This document shows, one piece after another, positions 19,676 through 28,586 of a stretch of 64,000 bases of DNA. A program made the translations under genes and the position numbers. How positions within the stretch are numbered: the first letter of the stretch is position 1; the number at the start of each line of letters is the position of its first letter. The notes below the pieces were generated by a model. It was not told the DNA's origin, did no database searches, and saw nothing but the letters and a program-made list of their open reading frames with translations. Source of the DNA: Methanobacteriota archaeon (lineage in GTDB: Archaea > Thermoplasmatota > Poseidoniia > Poseidoniales > Poseidoniaceae); assembly GCA_002689345.1 (NCBI GenBank), contig NZFU01000002.1, forward strand, positions 8,438 to 72,437, in the 5' to 3' direction.

Positions 19676-20611
19676 TTACAATATTTTGTTATCAATCCAC
19701 TCTAATATCAGTGCATCTCTTTCCTCATTAACTCTGTTTTTTGAGTGAGTGAGAGATGTTAGTAAATGTGGATATACTTCTACATCTTGGTCTAATAGTA
19801 AATCATAGTGGTACCTTCCAAGCCTAGAATCATTCTCTGCTTGTAGTAGAAGTATGGGGGCCTTTGGTACACCCCATGAAGGAATGTCAATATCTCTCCA
19901 TTCAATATTACCTATTTCAGGATGTATTTTGTTGAAACCTTTCATCGCCCATCGTTTGAATAGGGGGAACATGAATGGTATATTGGATGTTAATTCTTTC
20001 ATTATTGGCGAATATGCAACCATTGGCGACTCTAGCATTAGTGTGCCATAACTGTCCTTCCACCACCCTTGGTGGCGTGTGTTGTGCATGCCTATACAGA
20101 TGAATGCCCCTAGGCTATGTCCAAAAAAGTGAACCTTGTTAATTTTAGATTGATCTACAGACTCTAGTAATATCTTGAGGTCTTGGATTACTTTACCTGC
20201 AGTCCATTCTGGTGTGTCAGGAGCCATTCCGTGCCCTCTCATATCATGGGCTAGTGTATGTAGCCCTTTATTGCGAAATAATTGAATTCTTTCTGTGAAT
20301 TTTTCACTTGAAGATTGCCATCCATGTACGAAAACTACCATGTCTGATTTATTCGGTTGATAGTTAACATATCCATAGACATCGACTCCATTGTTATCTA
20401 AATTTATGATATCCCAATCTTTATTGGAAAAAGGAAGACTTCTCTTAGTTGGTCCGCGGAATATTAGTCGCAATAATATTTGATGAACCAATATTAGAAT
20501 AGTAATGCTGACTAGAGCTATTGAATAAGGTGTCAGTATTGACAAAACAGCACATGTGGCAATTAATGTTAGTATGGCATAGCCATCCCAGGTCGCCTTA
20601 CGGCGGTCCAT
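19676..20611 (-). CDS. Membrane-anchored alpha/beta hydrolase
   Basis: N-terminal TM helices, VHGW, DMRGHG, GHSLG nucleophile elbow. Confidence 0.85.
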   Translation of the reverse strand: MDRRKATWDGYAILTLIATCAVLSILTPYSIALVSITILILVHQILLRLIFRGPTKRSLPFSNKDWDIINLDNNGVDVYGYVNYQPNKSDMVVFVHGWQSSSEKFTERIQLFRNKGLHTLAHDMRGHGMAPDTPEWTAGKVIQDLKILLESVDQSKINKVHFFGHSLGAFICIGMHNTRHQGWWKDSYGTLMLESPMVAYSPIMKELTSNIPFMFPLFKRWAMKGFNKIHPEIGNIEWRDIDIPSWGVPKAPILLLQAENDSRLGRYHYDLLLDQDVEVYPHLLTSLTHSKNRVNEERDALILEWIDNKIL

Positions 20612-20613
20612 AT

Positions 20614-21480
20614 TCAGTCCTCAGTTTCTTCTACTGATTCGCCTTCAACAGATTCCTCTTCGGCCTTAGCAGCTCTCGCCTCTGCCTTTTTCTGAGCTTT
20701 TTCTTGGCGCTCAACTTGCTTTTCTTGCCACTTGTCACCAAAGTCACCAAGAGATTCAAATCTAGCTATCCAACCAGTTTCATTTCCAGTAGCTACGTGC
20801 TTAACCAGGTATGCGCTAAATGCTAAATCGAAAATTCCTTGAGAAAAATCTGAATTCTTCTTGAAGAAGAAATTTAATATCCAAATGACAATCATTACTG
20901 CACCAATAGCTACGTTTGTCACACCGCCACTTTGTCCAAGGTTCTGGAAATTCATTCCAATTAGAATGAATCCAATTAGGAATAAGAATCCTAGGCTGTT
21001 ATTCAAAACCGCATGTATGAATATTGGTTTGGACCCAGAGGAATTGATGTATTTGGTACGAGAAACGAATTCTCCGATATTCCTACCAGCCCATATAGGG
21101 ATGACAAGCCAGTTGACAAGTATCATTAGGAATGCTCCTATGAAAGGTATTGTCAAATCTGGATCTCCGAATGCGAATATTGCAAGTGTTCCAATAAGGA
21201 CTCCGAAGTTCCATGCGAAATTAATCAACCAACCGATATAACGAGGCATTTTACCTGATAGTTCGTATCCTTCTGGAAGACCACTAGGGCGTAGTTTTTC
21301 CGTTTTAGCTGCTTTTGGAGCTGCTCTCTTTGCAACTGCTTTCTTCGCTGCTGCTTTCTTTGGCGCCGCCTTCTTTGGCGCTGCTTTCTTTGGCGCTGCT
21401 TTCTTAGGAGCTGCTTTCTTTGCAACAGCTTTTGCTGGCTTATCTTCATCAAGATTTTCGACTTTGTCAAGTAATCCCAT
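20614..21480 (-). CDS. RDD-like membrane protein with N-terminal histone-H1-like PKKAA repeats
   Basis: GAGGTGA before ATG 21480; repeated KKAAP; YELSGKMPRYIGWLIN, GRNIGEFVSRTKYINSSGSKP and QGIFDLAFSAYLV resemble degenerate RDD motifs. Confidence 0.6.
   Translation of the reverse strand: MGLLDKVENLDEDKPAKAVAKKAAPKKAAPKKAAPKKAAPKKAAAKKAVAKRAAPKAAKTEKLRPSGLPEGYELSGKMPRYIGWLINFAWNFGVLIGTLAIFAFGDPDLTIPFIGAFLMILVNWLVIPIWAGRNIGEFVSRTKYINSSGSKPIFIHAVLNNSLGFLFLIGFILIGMNFQNLGQSGGVTNVAIGAVMIVIWILNFFFKKNSDFSQGIFDLAFSAYLVKHVATGNETGWIARFESLGDFGDKWQEKQVERQEKAQKKAEARAAKAEEESVEGESVEETED
21307..21430. repeat. Imperfect 15-bp tandem repeat encoding KKAAP/KKAVA
   Basis: Repeated ctgctttctttggcg-type units. 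Confidence 0.9.
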
Positions 21481-21490
21481 TTTTGTCACC

Positions 21491-22645
21491 TCAACTATAC
21501 ATTGCACCGATTGCACGGTATGTTTCGAATTCTTCTGAATCTACGAATTCAGCTATAGCATCTTCAGGCATTCCGCCCAATAATGTGTCGACGACCGAGA
21601 AGAACTCAGAACGGTCATCTTCAGTGGAGTTTTCTGGAGATGAGCCTACGCTACGGTAAACTTCAAACCCATCGGATTTAGTAAATTCCTCAATTTTATC
21701 TTCGGGAAGATTAGAACCTAATAGTGCATCAACAATTGATACAAACTCTAAGAATAAATCGTCAGATTCGTCAGCGGGTTCAGCAACATAAGATTCTTCT
21801 TCTTCATCAACCTCAGCCTCATATTCCTCTTCGTCATCCGATTCAATCAATTCATCTATATCGGCCTCACCAGCAATTACAGCCTTGACTAATTTACGCT
21901 CAGACATTAATGATTCAAGCATTGGTCTTAATTCACGAAGTAATTCGCGGTCACCTTCATCTTTAGCAGATTGGTACTCCGGTTTGAGTCTACGTAATTC
22001 ATCTTCGATGGTTGTTAGTTGAGTATTCAACTCCACTAATGTATTTCCATCAAGGTGGCTTTGCTCTTCCTCTTCTTGATTTAGTAGTTGGACGGTTGGA
22101 GAATCTCTCACTTCAGCAACTTTGTCATCGCGCTCTTCTTTACGCATTACTATGATGTCACGGTCTAGTTCATGCCCAAATCTATCTGAATATCGATCGA
22201 GTAAACTGCCGATTTCGCCCTGGCTAATTCGGTCAATGTGCCCATAAACCTGTTGAAGCGGTTTACCACTCTTTTTGGCATACAGGCCGGAATATGAATC
22301 CTCTTCAACAACTTCTGGTTCCGGAGCTGGTGCTGGACTAGGTGGTAATGCCTCAATAGCGGGTTTTGGAGGAGGCATGACGGGCGCTTCAGCAGTTGCT
22401 GGCGTAGGTACTGGTGGTGGCCCTGCTGGAGAACTAGGAGCAGGTGGTGGAGCAGGGGCCGGAGGCGCAGGTAATGGTGCAGGAGGAGGAAGGGGTGCTG
22501 CAGGTAATGGAGCCGGTGGTGGAGGCAATGGCATACCCGGTGCAGGTGGCATTGGCATGCCTGGAGGTGGTGGCATTGGCATAGGCGGTAGGCCTGGCGG
22601 AGGGGGTAAATCGTTGCCTTTATTCTTCTTCTTACCCAGCCCCAT
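21491..22645 (-). CDS. Hypothetical protein: polyproline N-terminus, coiled coil, acidic linker, duplicated C-terminal helical module
   Basis: GAGGTG before ATG 22645 (MGLGKKKNK); about 100 aa Pro-rich tract; C-terminal repeats FVSIVDALLG..LPEDKIEEFTKSDGFEVYRSVG and FFSVVDTLLGGMPEDAIAEFVDSEEFETYRAIG. Confidence 0.8.
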   Translation of the reverse strand: MGLGKKKNKGNDLPPPPGLPPMPMPPPPGMPMPPAPGMPLPPPPAPLPAAPLPPPAPLPAPPAPAPPPAPSSPAGPPPVPTPATAEAPVMPPPKPAIEALPPSPAPAPEPEVVEEDSYSGLYAKKSGKPLQQVYGHIDRISQGEIGSLLDRYSDRFGHELDRDIIVMRKEERDDKVAEVRDSPTVQLLNQEEEEQSHLDGNTLVELNTQLTTIEDELRRLKPEYQSAKDEGDRELLRELRPMLESLMSERKLVKAVIAGEADIDELIESDDEEEYEAEVDEEEESYVAEPADESDDLFLEFVSIVDALLGSNLPEDKIEEFTKSDGFEVYRSVGSSPENSTEDDRSEFFSVVDTLLGGMPEDAIAEFVDSEEFETYRAIGAMYS

Positions 22646-22728
22646 GGTGTGCACCTCATACCTCGTGGGCAGTAATCTGCCCTTGAACGTTGCCATTGGT
22701 CGAACCATACGTAGTATGGTATTGCGAC

Positions 22729-23967
22729 CTAAGATACAAGACGAGCCCATCCTTTCAAAATCATGAAAGTCGCCCCTGCCTCATGTATCTCAATTACATC
22801 ACCAGTAGACCCATCAATGATGCGATCATCGAATCTTGCAATCGCATCATCAACAGTGATTTCTATTCGTACTAATTCGTCTCGTGAAAGAGCTATTCCT
22901 TCACTAAGACAGTCAAATGAATTTGACCCATCTGGGTCGAGGCGATGGAGTGGGAATTCAGTGACCCTCATTCCACTCTTACCATGTAGCGAACCAGGCC
23001 ATCGGATTTGGCGTCTAGTATCGATAGTCACTACTTCATCTGTTTCTCCAGCACTACCCAACACAACACTTGAATCGGCCCTGATTAAATTCTGAAATAG
23101 TAATGCGTGATTATTCAAAGCAGTCAATCTTCCATTCAACACTCGTTGTCTGCGACTATCGGATTGCATTAACTCGGATAATTTCTCAACACTAGCTTTG
23201 CCTCGAAGTCCCTTTATTCCCTCTCTATCCATCATTTCCTGTAAAGATGCAGTCATTACCTTCAACATCTTGGTATCTCCTTCGTAAATAGAATCCAATT
23301 TACCAACAACCGATTCTATTCCTACTCCAACACGTTTGGCCCATCCTGTTGCGCCAGATTGACGCGACCTCTCTAAAAGGTCGCTTACCTCTACGCCTTC
23401 TCCGCGTATATGGCTAACTAATTCTCTTCTTGCTTCAGAACCAAGATGGAAGAATTTGGGATCTCGGTAATGCAGATGGAATCCTCGGTGCCCTGAAAAT
23501 GTAACCTGTAAATACTCTTCTTTGAATCCAAAATCTGGCTGCAAAAAATCATTCCATAGGGACCATGCTTGTTCTTGAATAACATCTATCATTCCGGGGA
23601 AGTCTTTGTCGGTCACACCTGGCAAATGGTCACCATCTAGATCGAAAATCAAGTCAGCACCCAACCAATCTTTGTCTGCCATCTTCAATTCATGGGGTTT
23701 TTTCCAGTATGCAGTTGAATAGAAACACGAATGTTGCGGCCTTTCACATATGAATCTCCGCACACTTTCCATATCAGAAAATGCCTTGTGCCGTAGGGGC
23801 ATTCCTCCTCCGAATGGAATAAACATCCATTCTCTAGTTCTTAGTCGAGGCGGGGTCCACAATTGTGCAGTACGATAGTACTGTGTAAATCGATGCGCGA
23901 ACCTAGCCCAGCCTGAAATTGTACCACCTCTGAGGTAGGTAGTTGGCGGAGACCTTTGAATCTTCAC
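22729..23967 (-). CDS. priS: DNA primase small (catalytic) subunit
   Basis: REW, CFYSTAYW, GADLIFDLDGD, FSGHRGFHLH, DEVVTIDTRRQIRWPGSLHGKSG. Confidence 0.93.
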   Translation of the reverse strand: MKIQRSPPTTYLRGGTISGWARFAHRFTQYYRTAQLWTPPRLRTREWMFIPFGGGMPLRHKAFSDMESVRRFICERPQHSCFYSTAYWKKPHELKMADKDWLGADLIFDLDGDHLPGVTDKDFPGMIDVIQEQAWSLWNDFLQPDFGFKEEYLQVTFSGHRGFHLHYRDPKFFHLGSEARRELVSHIRGEGVEVSDLLERSRQSGATGWAKRVGVGIESVVGKLDSIYEGDTKMLKVMTASLQEMMDREGIKGLRGKASVEKLSELMQSDSRRQRVLNGRLTALNNHALLFQNLIRADSSVVLGSAGETDEVVTIDTRRQIRWPGSLHGKSGMRVTEFPLHRLDPDGSNSFDCLSEGIALSRDELVRIEITVDDAIARFDDRIIDGSTGDVIEIHEAGATFMILKGWARLVS

Positions 23968-24167
23968 TCTTTCCAGAAGCGAGTTTCTCTTTGAATTTCA
24001 ACAGTTGCAGTATCGGCACCAGTTAGTTCAACATAGTGTTCCCAGCAAAAATAGTTCTTGTCAACTACCATTGCTTCGCCGAAAGTCATACGTGTGCCGC
24101 AAGATTTGCACCGAGGGCCAAGTTCGCCATTTGGAGTCTGAGCAAGTTGGATATGTTCGTGTGGCAT
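23964..24167 (-). CDS. Small treble-clef zinc-finger protein (LIM-like half domain)
   Basis: CKSC-x16-CWEH; stop overlaps the priS GTG start (GTGA). Confidence 0.7.
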   Translation of the reverse strand: MPHEHIQLAQTPNGELGPRCKSCGTRMTFGEAMVVDKNYFCWEHYVELTGADTATVEIQRETRFWKE

Positions 24168-24217
24168 GGGTCTTCCTCATTATGGCGTGACAGGATGAAG
24201 TCTTTGAATGTGGCGTA

Positions 24218-24700
24218 TCACCAGTCGATTTCCGTGCTTTCATCGCACAAGGCGAGTAAATCCAAAGCAACTTCGCACGATTCTGAAATTTCAGGTATTT
24301 TATCACTCAAAAATTTGAGCAATACTGGTTTAGCACTGCGATCACCTATGGCGCCAAGTGCCTCAGCGGCTTCATGGCGCACCATGACATGCTCTTGTTC
24401 ATCGCTCAGGACCTCGATTAATTTAGGAACTGCTAGTGGATCTTGCATTTGTCCAAGGACATATGCTAACTCGTGGCGCAACAATGCACTATGAGAATCA
24501 AATCCATCGCATAAAGCCATCACTGCATTACTCGTTCTATCATTCCTTAGCGAGAAAACTGCTCTCATTCTGAGGAACATTTTGATGTCCTCGTCAAGAA
24601 GAGTGTTGCGAAGTGAAGATACATTCGATTCCTTAGATGGTGGAGCAGGATCTACAGAACCATATTCTGAAACACCAGGGATTCGGTCTGCAATACTCAT
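24218..24700 (-). CDS. HEAT-repeat protein resembling one half of deoxyhypusine hydroxylase (DOHH)
   Basis: YGSVDPAPP, RMRAVFSLRN, SALLRHELAYVLGQMQ, MVRHEAAEALGAI, ESCEVALD; two HE motifs at H76 and H109. Confidence 0.8.
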   Translation of the reverse strand: MSIADRIPGVSEYGSVDPAPPSKESNVSSLRNTLLDEDIKMFLRMRAVFSLRNDRTSNAVMALCDGFDSHSALLRHELAYVLGQMQDPLAVPKLIEVLSDEQEHVMVRHEAAEALGAIGDRSAKPVLLKFLSDKIPEISESCEVALDLLALCDESTEIDW

Positions 24701-24703
24701 GAA

Positions 24704-25588
24704 TTATTCACCAGAACCGATAAAACTCATACCATCAACGTCGAAATTGGGGTCTATGAGGCCTATTCGTTGCCCCTCTTTCAAAAACATCCTAATCGAC
24801 TCTCGCCCTTCAGACTTGTAATCAATGGTTCTTTCGTTAACATACATAGATACGAATTCCTTATTGGTTTCGTCATCTATACCTCTACCCCATTTTTTAG
24901 CGAATTCTAGTGCCGTATCAGGGTTTGCGATAGAATGTTCGATACTCATTTTCGTATACATTGTCACATCCTCCATAGTTTGGTTACCCAAATCTTTGCG
25001 AACCACATTTCCTCCAAGAGGCATAGGTAATCCTCCAGTCTTTTCATTCCACCAGACTCCCAAATCAACTAAGACGTCTAAGTCGTGATCAACATAAGTC
25101 AATTGTCCTTCGTGAATAATTAGTCCTGACAAGTAACTTCCATCTAGGATTTTAGGAATGATTTCATCGAATGGTACTACTTCGTAAACCAAGTCGCCCC
25201 AGCATAGCCGAATCCCAAGATATGCACTTGTTTTGAATCCAGGGACAGCAATAGCACTATTCTTTGCATCTTCAATGGTTACTCCCTTCTTACAGACGAC
25301 CATTGGCCCATATCCCTCACCCATAGATGCCCCGCAGTTCATCAATGCATAATCATCTGAAATCTCAGGGAATGCATGGATACTGACAGCAGAAACTTCT
25401 AACTCCTTGTTCATAGCTCTGTGATTTAATGTTTCAATGTCTTGCAATTCATGTACAAAATCATAACCGGGAGTAGGAAATGCATTCGTAGTCATAGCAT
25501 GAAACATGAAAGCATCATCAGGGTCTGGTGAGTGACCGATTCTTACAATCTTGTCTCCGGTATTATTCGTGGGTAATTTAGTATTCAT
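24704..25588 (-). CDS. mqnD: 1,4-dihydroxy-6-naphthoate synthase-like (MqnD family, futalosine menaquinone pathway)
   Basis: IGHSPDPDDAFMF, DIETLN, GASMGEGYGP, IIHEGQLTY, PMPLGG, MYVNE; AGGTGA before ATG 25588. Confidence 0.85.
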   Translation of the reverse strand: MNTKLPTNNTGDKIVRIGHSPDPDDAFMFHAMTTNAFPTPGYDFVHELQDIETLNHRAMNKELEVSAVSIHAFPEISDDYALMNCGASMGEGYGPMVVCKKGVTIEDAKNSAIAVPGFKTSAYLGIRLCWGDLVYEVVPFDEIIPKILDGSYLSGLIIHEGQLTYVDHDLDVLVDLGVWWNEKTGGLPMPLGGNVVRKDLGNQTMEDVTMYTKMSIEHSIANPDTALEFAKKWGRGIDDETNKEFVSMYVNERTIDYKSEGRESIRMFLKEGQRIGLIDPNFDVDGMSFIGSGE

Positions 25589-25607
25589 TTTATCACCTAT
25601 TGTAGTA

Positions 25608-26099
25608 TCAATGACATGCTTTGCCAAATTTCTTCAATCGCCAGTAATTATACGGCCATGGAGTTATGAATCCTGCGAATAACATGATTGGAATAACCCA
25701 CCATGTAAGTATAGCGCCACCAGTCATCAATAGATCAACTAAATTCATTGCCGCCTCCATGGAAATCATGGATATTAGGGACATGCCAATAGCTACTTTG
25801 AATGCCTCTTTCAATATCATTTGCTTAGCTAATATTAAGGTTTCAAGAGCAATAGATGTTAGTAATCCATTAATCATTGCTAAAGCCATTATACTCATGG
25901 CGGACCAGCCAGAATCTGTATAGATGAATTGGAAGGCAGCAATAGTCCCAAAATCACCAATAGAACATCCAATGAGGCACCATTTCGTATTATTAGCAGA
26001 AGTTTTCCAGACCTCTTTATCTTTCCAAGAGAATACAGAAACTGTCGATGATTCATCATCGGTATCACAGCAGGAGCCGTCGCCCATCTCTGCGTCCAT
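25608..26099 (-). CDS. DUF4396 family membrane protein
   Basis: TKWCLIGCSIGDFG, SLISMISMEAAMN, GFITPWPYNYWRLKKFGKACH; N-terminal CC. Confidence 0.8.
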   Translation of the reverse strand: MDAEMGDGSCCDTDDESSTVSVFSWKDKEVWKTSANNTKWCLIGCSIGDFGTIAAFQFIYTDSGWSAMSIMALAMINGLLTSIALETLILAKQMILKEAFKVAIGMSLISMISMEAAMNLVDLLMTGGAILTWWVIPIMLFAGFITPWPYNYWRLKKFGKACH

Positions 26100-26228
26100 G
26101 GACTAGCGAATAGTGTAGGGTTTTTGAATAGTGGTATGTTGCTGGGAGGTGAAAATATAGTAACAAATACTAATATTTCGTCCAAATCCTCCGTTAGACT
26201 TTCAAGTTTGATGTGTCCTAAGTGTATT

Positions 26229-28586
26229 ATGGAGGGTAGTTTGAGATCTAGGCTCATTCTATCTATTACCGTTATTATTTTGGGAATAACACCCATTATT
26301 TCAGCAAATCCAAGCGGGTTGACATACTTAGACTCAACATGGTCTACCTACGATGCTGAAGATGGAGAATTAGTCGATATAAACTCAAACCATACTATTG
26401 TGGCATCTGTTCATGACGATAAGGTAATTTTGTTCAATTCTTCATCATTGGAAAAAATTGCAACCTTTCCATTTGACAGGATATCTACAATCAAGTTTTC
26501 TCCAAGTGGGGACTTATTGGCTGTGAATAAAGTTACTAGTACTCAAAATAAAGATTCGTTAAAACTCATTGACGTCGCTTCACTTACAGTTTTGGAACAG
26601 AGCGGAATATCTGATGGTAAAGCAAAAGATATCGATTGGAGTAATGATGGACAAATAATAGCAGCACCTGGCCCTGATGGTGATGTAGAACTATACAAGC
26701 GCTCAGATTTATCTGTCAAAGATACGCTACATAGCGTCCATAATGTTGATGTGAACTGTATTGATTACAGATTTGATGATGCATATGTGATAACTGGAGA
26801 TGAATCTGGACGATATGCTGTTTGGAATACTACTAGTGAGGGTGCCAGCCATAGAGAGGGTGATTATCGCGAATATGATGAAAACCTCTTAGATTGTAAA
26901 TTCACTCCGAATGGAGAAGATATAGTATTACTTGGGGAAAGTGGGGAAATAACCTCCAGAGGATTTCCTGATTGGGGAGTAATTCACCAAAATACAATAG
27001 AAGGTGCGAAAGAAATACTCTTTTCCAAATCTGGCACTAGAATGCATGTATTGGTGGAATCTGATGATTTCAGAGGTTTGCTAACATACGATTATGATAC
27101 GTTTAGCGAGATTAAGCGAACCACATTTTTCCACAATGTCGAAGATATCGCCTTCATCGAGGATGAATATAGTCGCCTTCAAGCATTATATGTTGCAGGA
27201 GGGACTGGCCAAATCTCTGTATATCTGAGGGATTATACTCCTGATGGTTTCAACGAACCTGGTGCAGATTTAGATGGTGACCTGGTGCCAGATAACTTGG
27301 ACCCGGATGATGATGGCGACGGATTGATTGATGATTGGGATAACGACATCGGCTGTGATGCACCAGATGGTACTCCTTGCTCCCAATATGCAGATTTAAC
27401 TAAAATTCGAAGCATCGAGATAGATGTTGGTGAGGAATTCACTATACGCGATAGAATAACACTTCCAACAGAAGATTCCAGCAATATTAGAAACTTGAGT
27501 CGCAATGCAATAGCGGTTGATCAGAAAATAAGCTCACATGAGGCGCAACTCTTTGCCGATGCAATGTGCTCGAATATGGATCATGGAGACATTATCGAAC
27601 AGTGGAGAGAATCCATTGGATTATCGAATGGTAAATTGGGAGAGGCGGTAGTGCATTGCATACTCGATGATGGAATGACTTTTGTTAAAATTGGAGACTC
27701 ATCGACTCAAATTACACTTTCTGTGATTACAACATTCACTTATCAAAGTAATATCACGCTCCCCCTTAACATTACACTAAACCGGCAACCACTACCTACT
27801 GATGGCTCGATAGGTTGGCTAGCCCCCTCTCATCCAATCGCTTTGTCGTTCAGTGGCAAAGGGATTATTGGAGAAGAGATTCCAATGTGGCAAAATAAGG
27901 ATGGCGATGTTGTAAAAGTAGAATTAGAACCAATGATTGAACAGGAGCCCACTATATTGGAAACAGCCCTAGATTGGGCTCTACATCCAATTGCATTTGT
28001 ATTTTATTTAGCTGGAATAATAGCCTTGGGAACTCTATGGATTAGAAGGGAAAATCAAATTGATATCGATTTGGATGATGACATGGATGATGACATGGAT
28101 GAGAATTCAGATGATGATGATGATGAAGATGATGATTTAGATGAAGAATTTGAAAATCAATCTGATGATGATTCGAACGATATTGTAAATGATGAAGAGC
28201 CTAAAGAGAGGCCAAAACGTACCCCTCCTAGCAAAGAACGTACTATGTACACAACATCGCCACAACAATCACTGGCGAAAAAGAAGAAAGTAAATCCGAC
28301 CACCTTGAATAAAGATGGACCAATAATGAAAACTAAGCGTAAACGATTGATTGCTCCTGAAGATGAGCCTATTGTTGCTAAGAAGAAAGTTATAGTTGCG
28401 CCAGTTGAGCCTAAGATTAAGAAAAGAAAGGTGAAGGTTGTTCAAGAAACAGTTCCAGAAGAGCCTAAGAAGAAAAAACGTAAATCGGTTCGTAGGAAGG
28501 GCAAAACTAAATCTAAATCATCTAAAAAAATCGATGAGAAGAATCTCCAAGACAATCTTGTAAACGATTTCCTGTCTGAAGATTGA
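26229..28586 (+). CDS. Secreted, membrane-anchored WD40 beta-propeller protein with Ca-binding DxDxDG repeats and an acidic/basic C-terminal tail
   Basis: Signal peptide; WD-like blades (KFSPSGDLLAV, DWSNDGQIIA, KFTPNGEDIV); DLDGDLVPDNLDPDDDGDG; TM FVFYLAGIIALGTLWI; Asp-rich then Lys-rich tail. Confidence 0.8.
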   Translation: MEGSLRSRLILSITVIILGITPIISANPSGLTYLDSTWSTYDAEDGELVDINSNHTIVASVHDDKVILFNSSSLEKIATFPFDRISTIKFSPSGDLLAVNKVTSTQNKDSLKLIDVASLTVLEQSGISDGKAKDIDWSNDGQIIAAPGPDGDVELYKRSDLSVKDTLHSVHNVDVNCIDYRFDDAYVITGDESGRYAVWNTTSEGASHREGDYREYDENLLDCKFTPNGEDIVLLGESGEITSRGFPDWGVIHQNTIEGAKEILFSKSGTRMHVLVESDDFRGLLTYDYDTFSEIKRTTFFHNVEDIAFIEDEYSRLQALYVAGGTGQISVYLRDYTPDGFNEPGADLDGDLVPDNLDPDDDGDGLIDDWDNDIGCDAPDGTPCSQYADLTKIRSIEIDVGEEFTIRDRITLPTEDSSNIRNLSRNAIAVDQKISSHEAQLFADAMCSNMDHGDIIEQWRESIGLSNGKLGEAVVHCILDDGMTFVKIGDSSTQITLSVITTFTYQSNITLPLNITLNRQPLPTDGSIGWLAPSHPIALSFSGKGIIGEEIPMWQNKDGDVVKVELEPMIEQEPTILETALDWALHPIAFVFYLAGIIALGTLWIRRENQIDIDLDDDMDDDMDENSDDDDDEDDDLDEEFENQSDDDSNDIVNDEEPKERPKRTPPSKERTMYTTSPQQSLAKKKKVNPTTLNKDGPIMKTKRKRLIAPEDEPIVAKKKVIVAPVEPKIKKRKVKVVQETVPEEPKKKKRKSVRRKGKTKSKSSKKIDEKNLQDNLVNDFLSED

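Noticed and set aside
22165-22766. Gly-rich ORF 22275..22766 (+) and His/Leu-rich ORF 22165..22659 (-)
   Set aside because: Antisense and alternate-frame products of polyproline codons; not collagen-like genes
24218-24700. Eukaryotic contamination or DOHH pseudogene fragment
   Set aside because: Intact ORF packed 3 nt behind mqnD among archaeal genes, no intron and no remnant of an N-terminal half upstream
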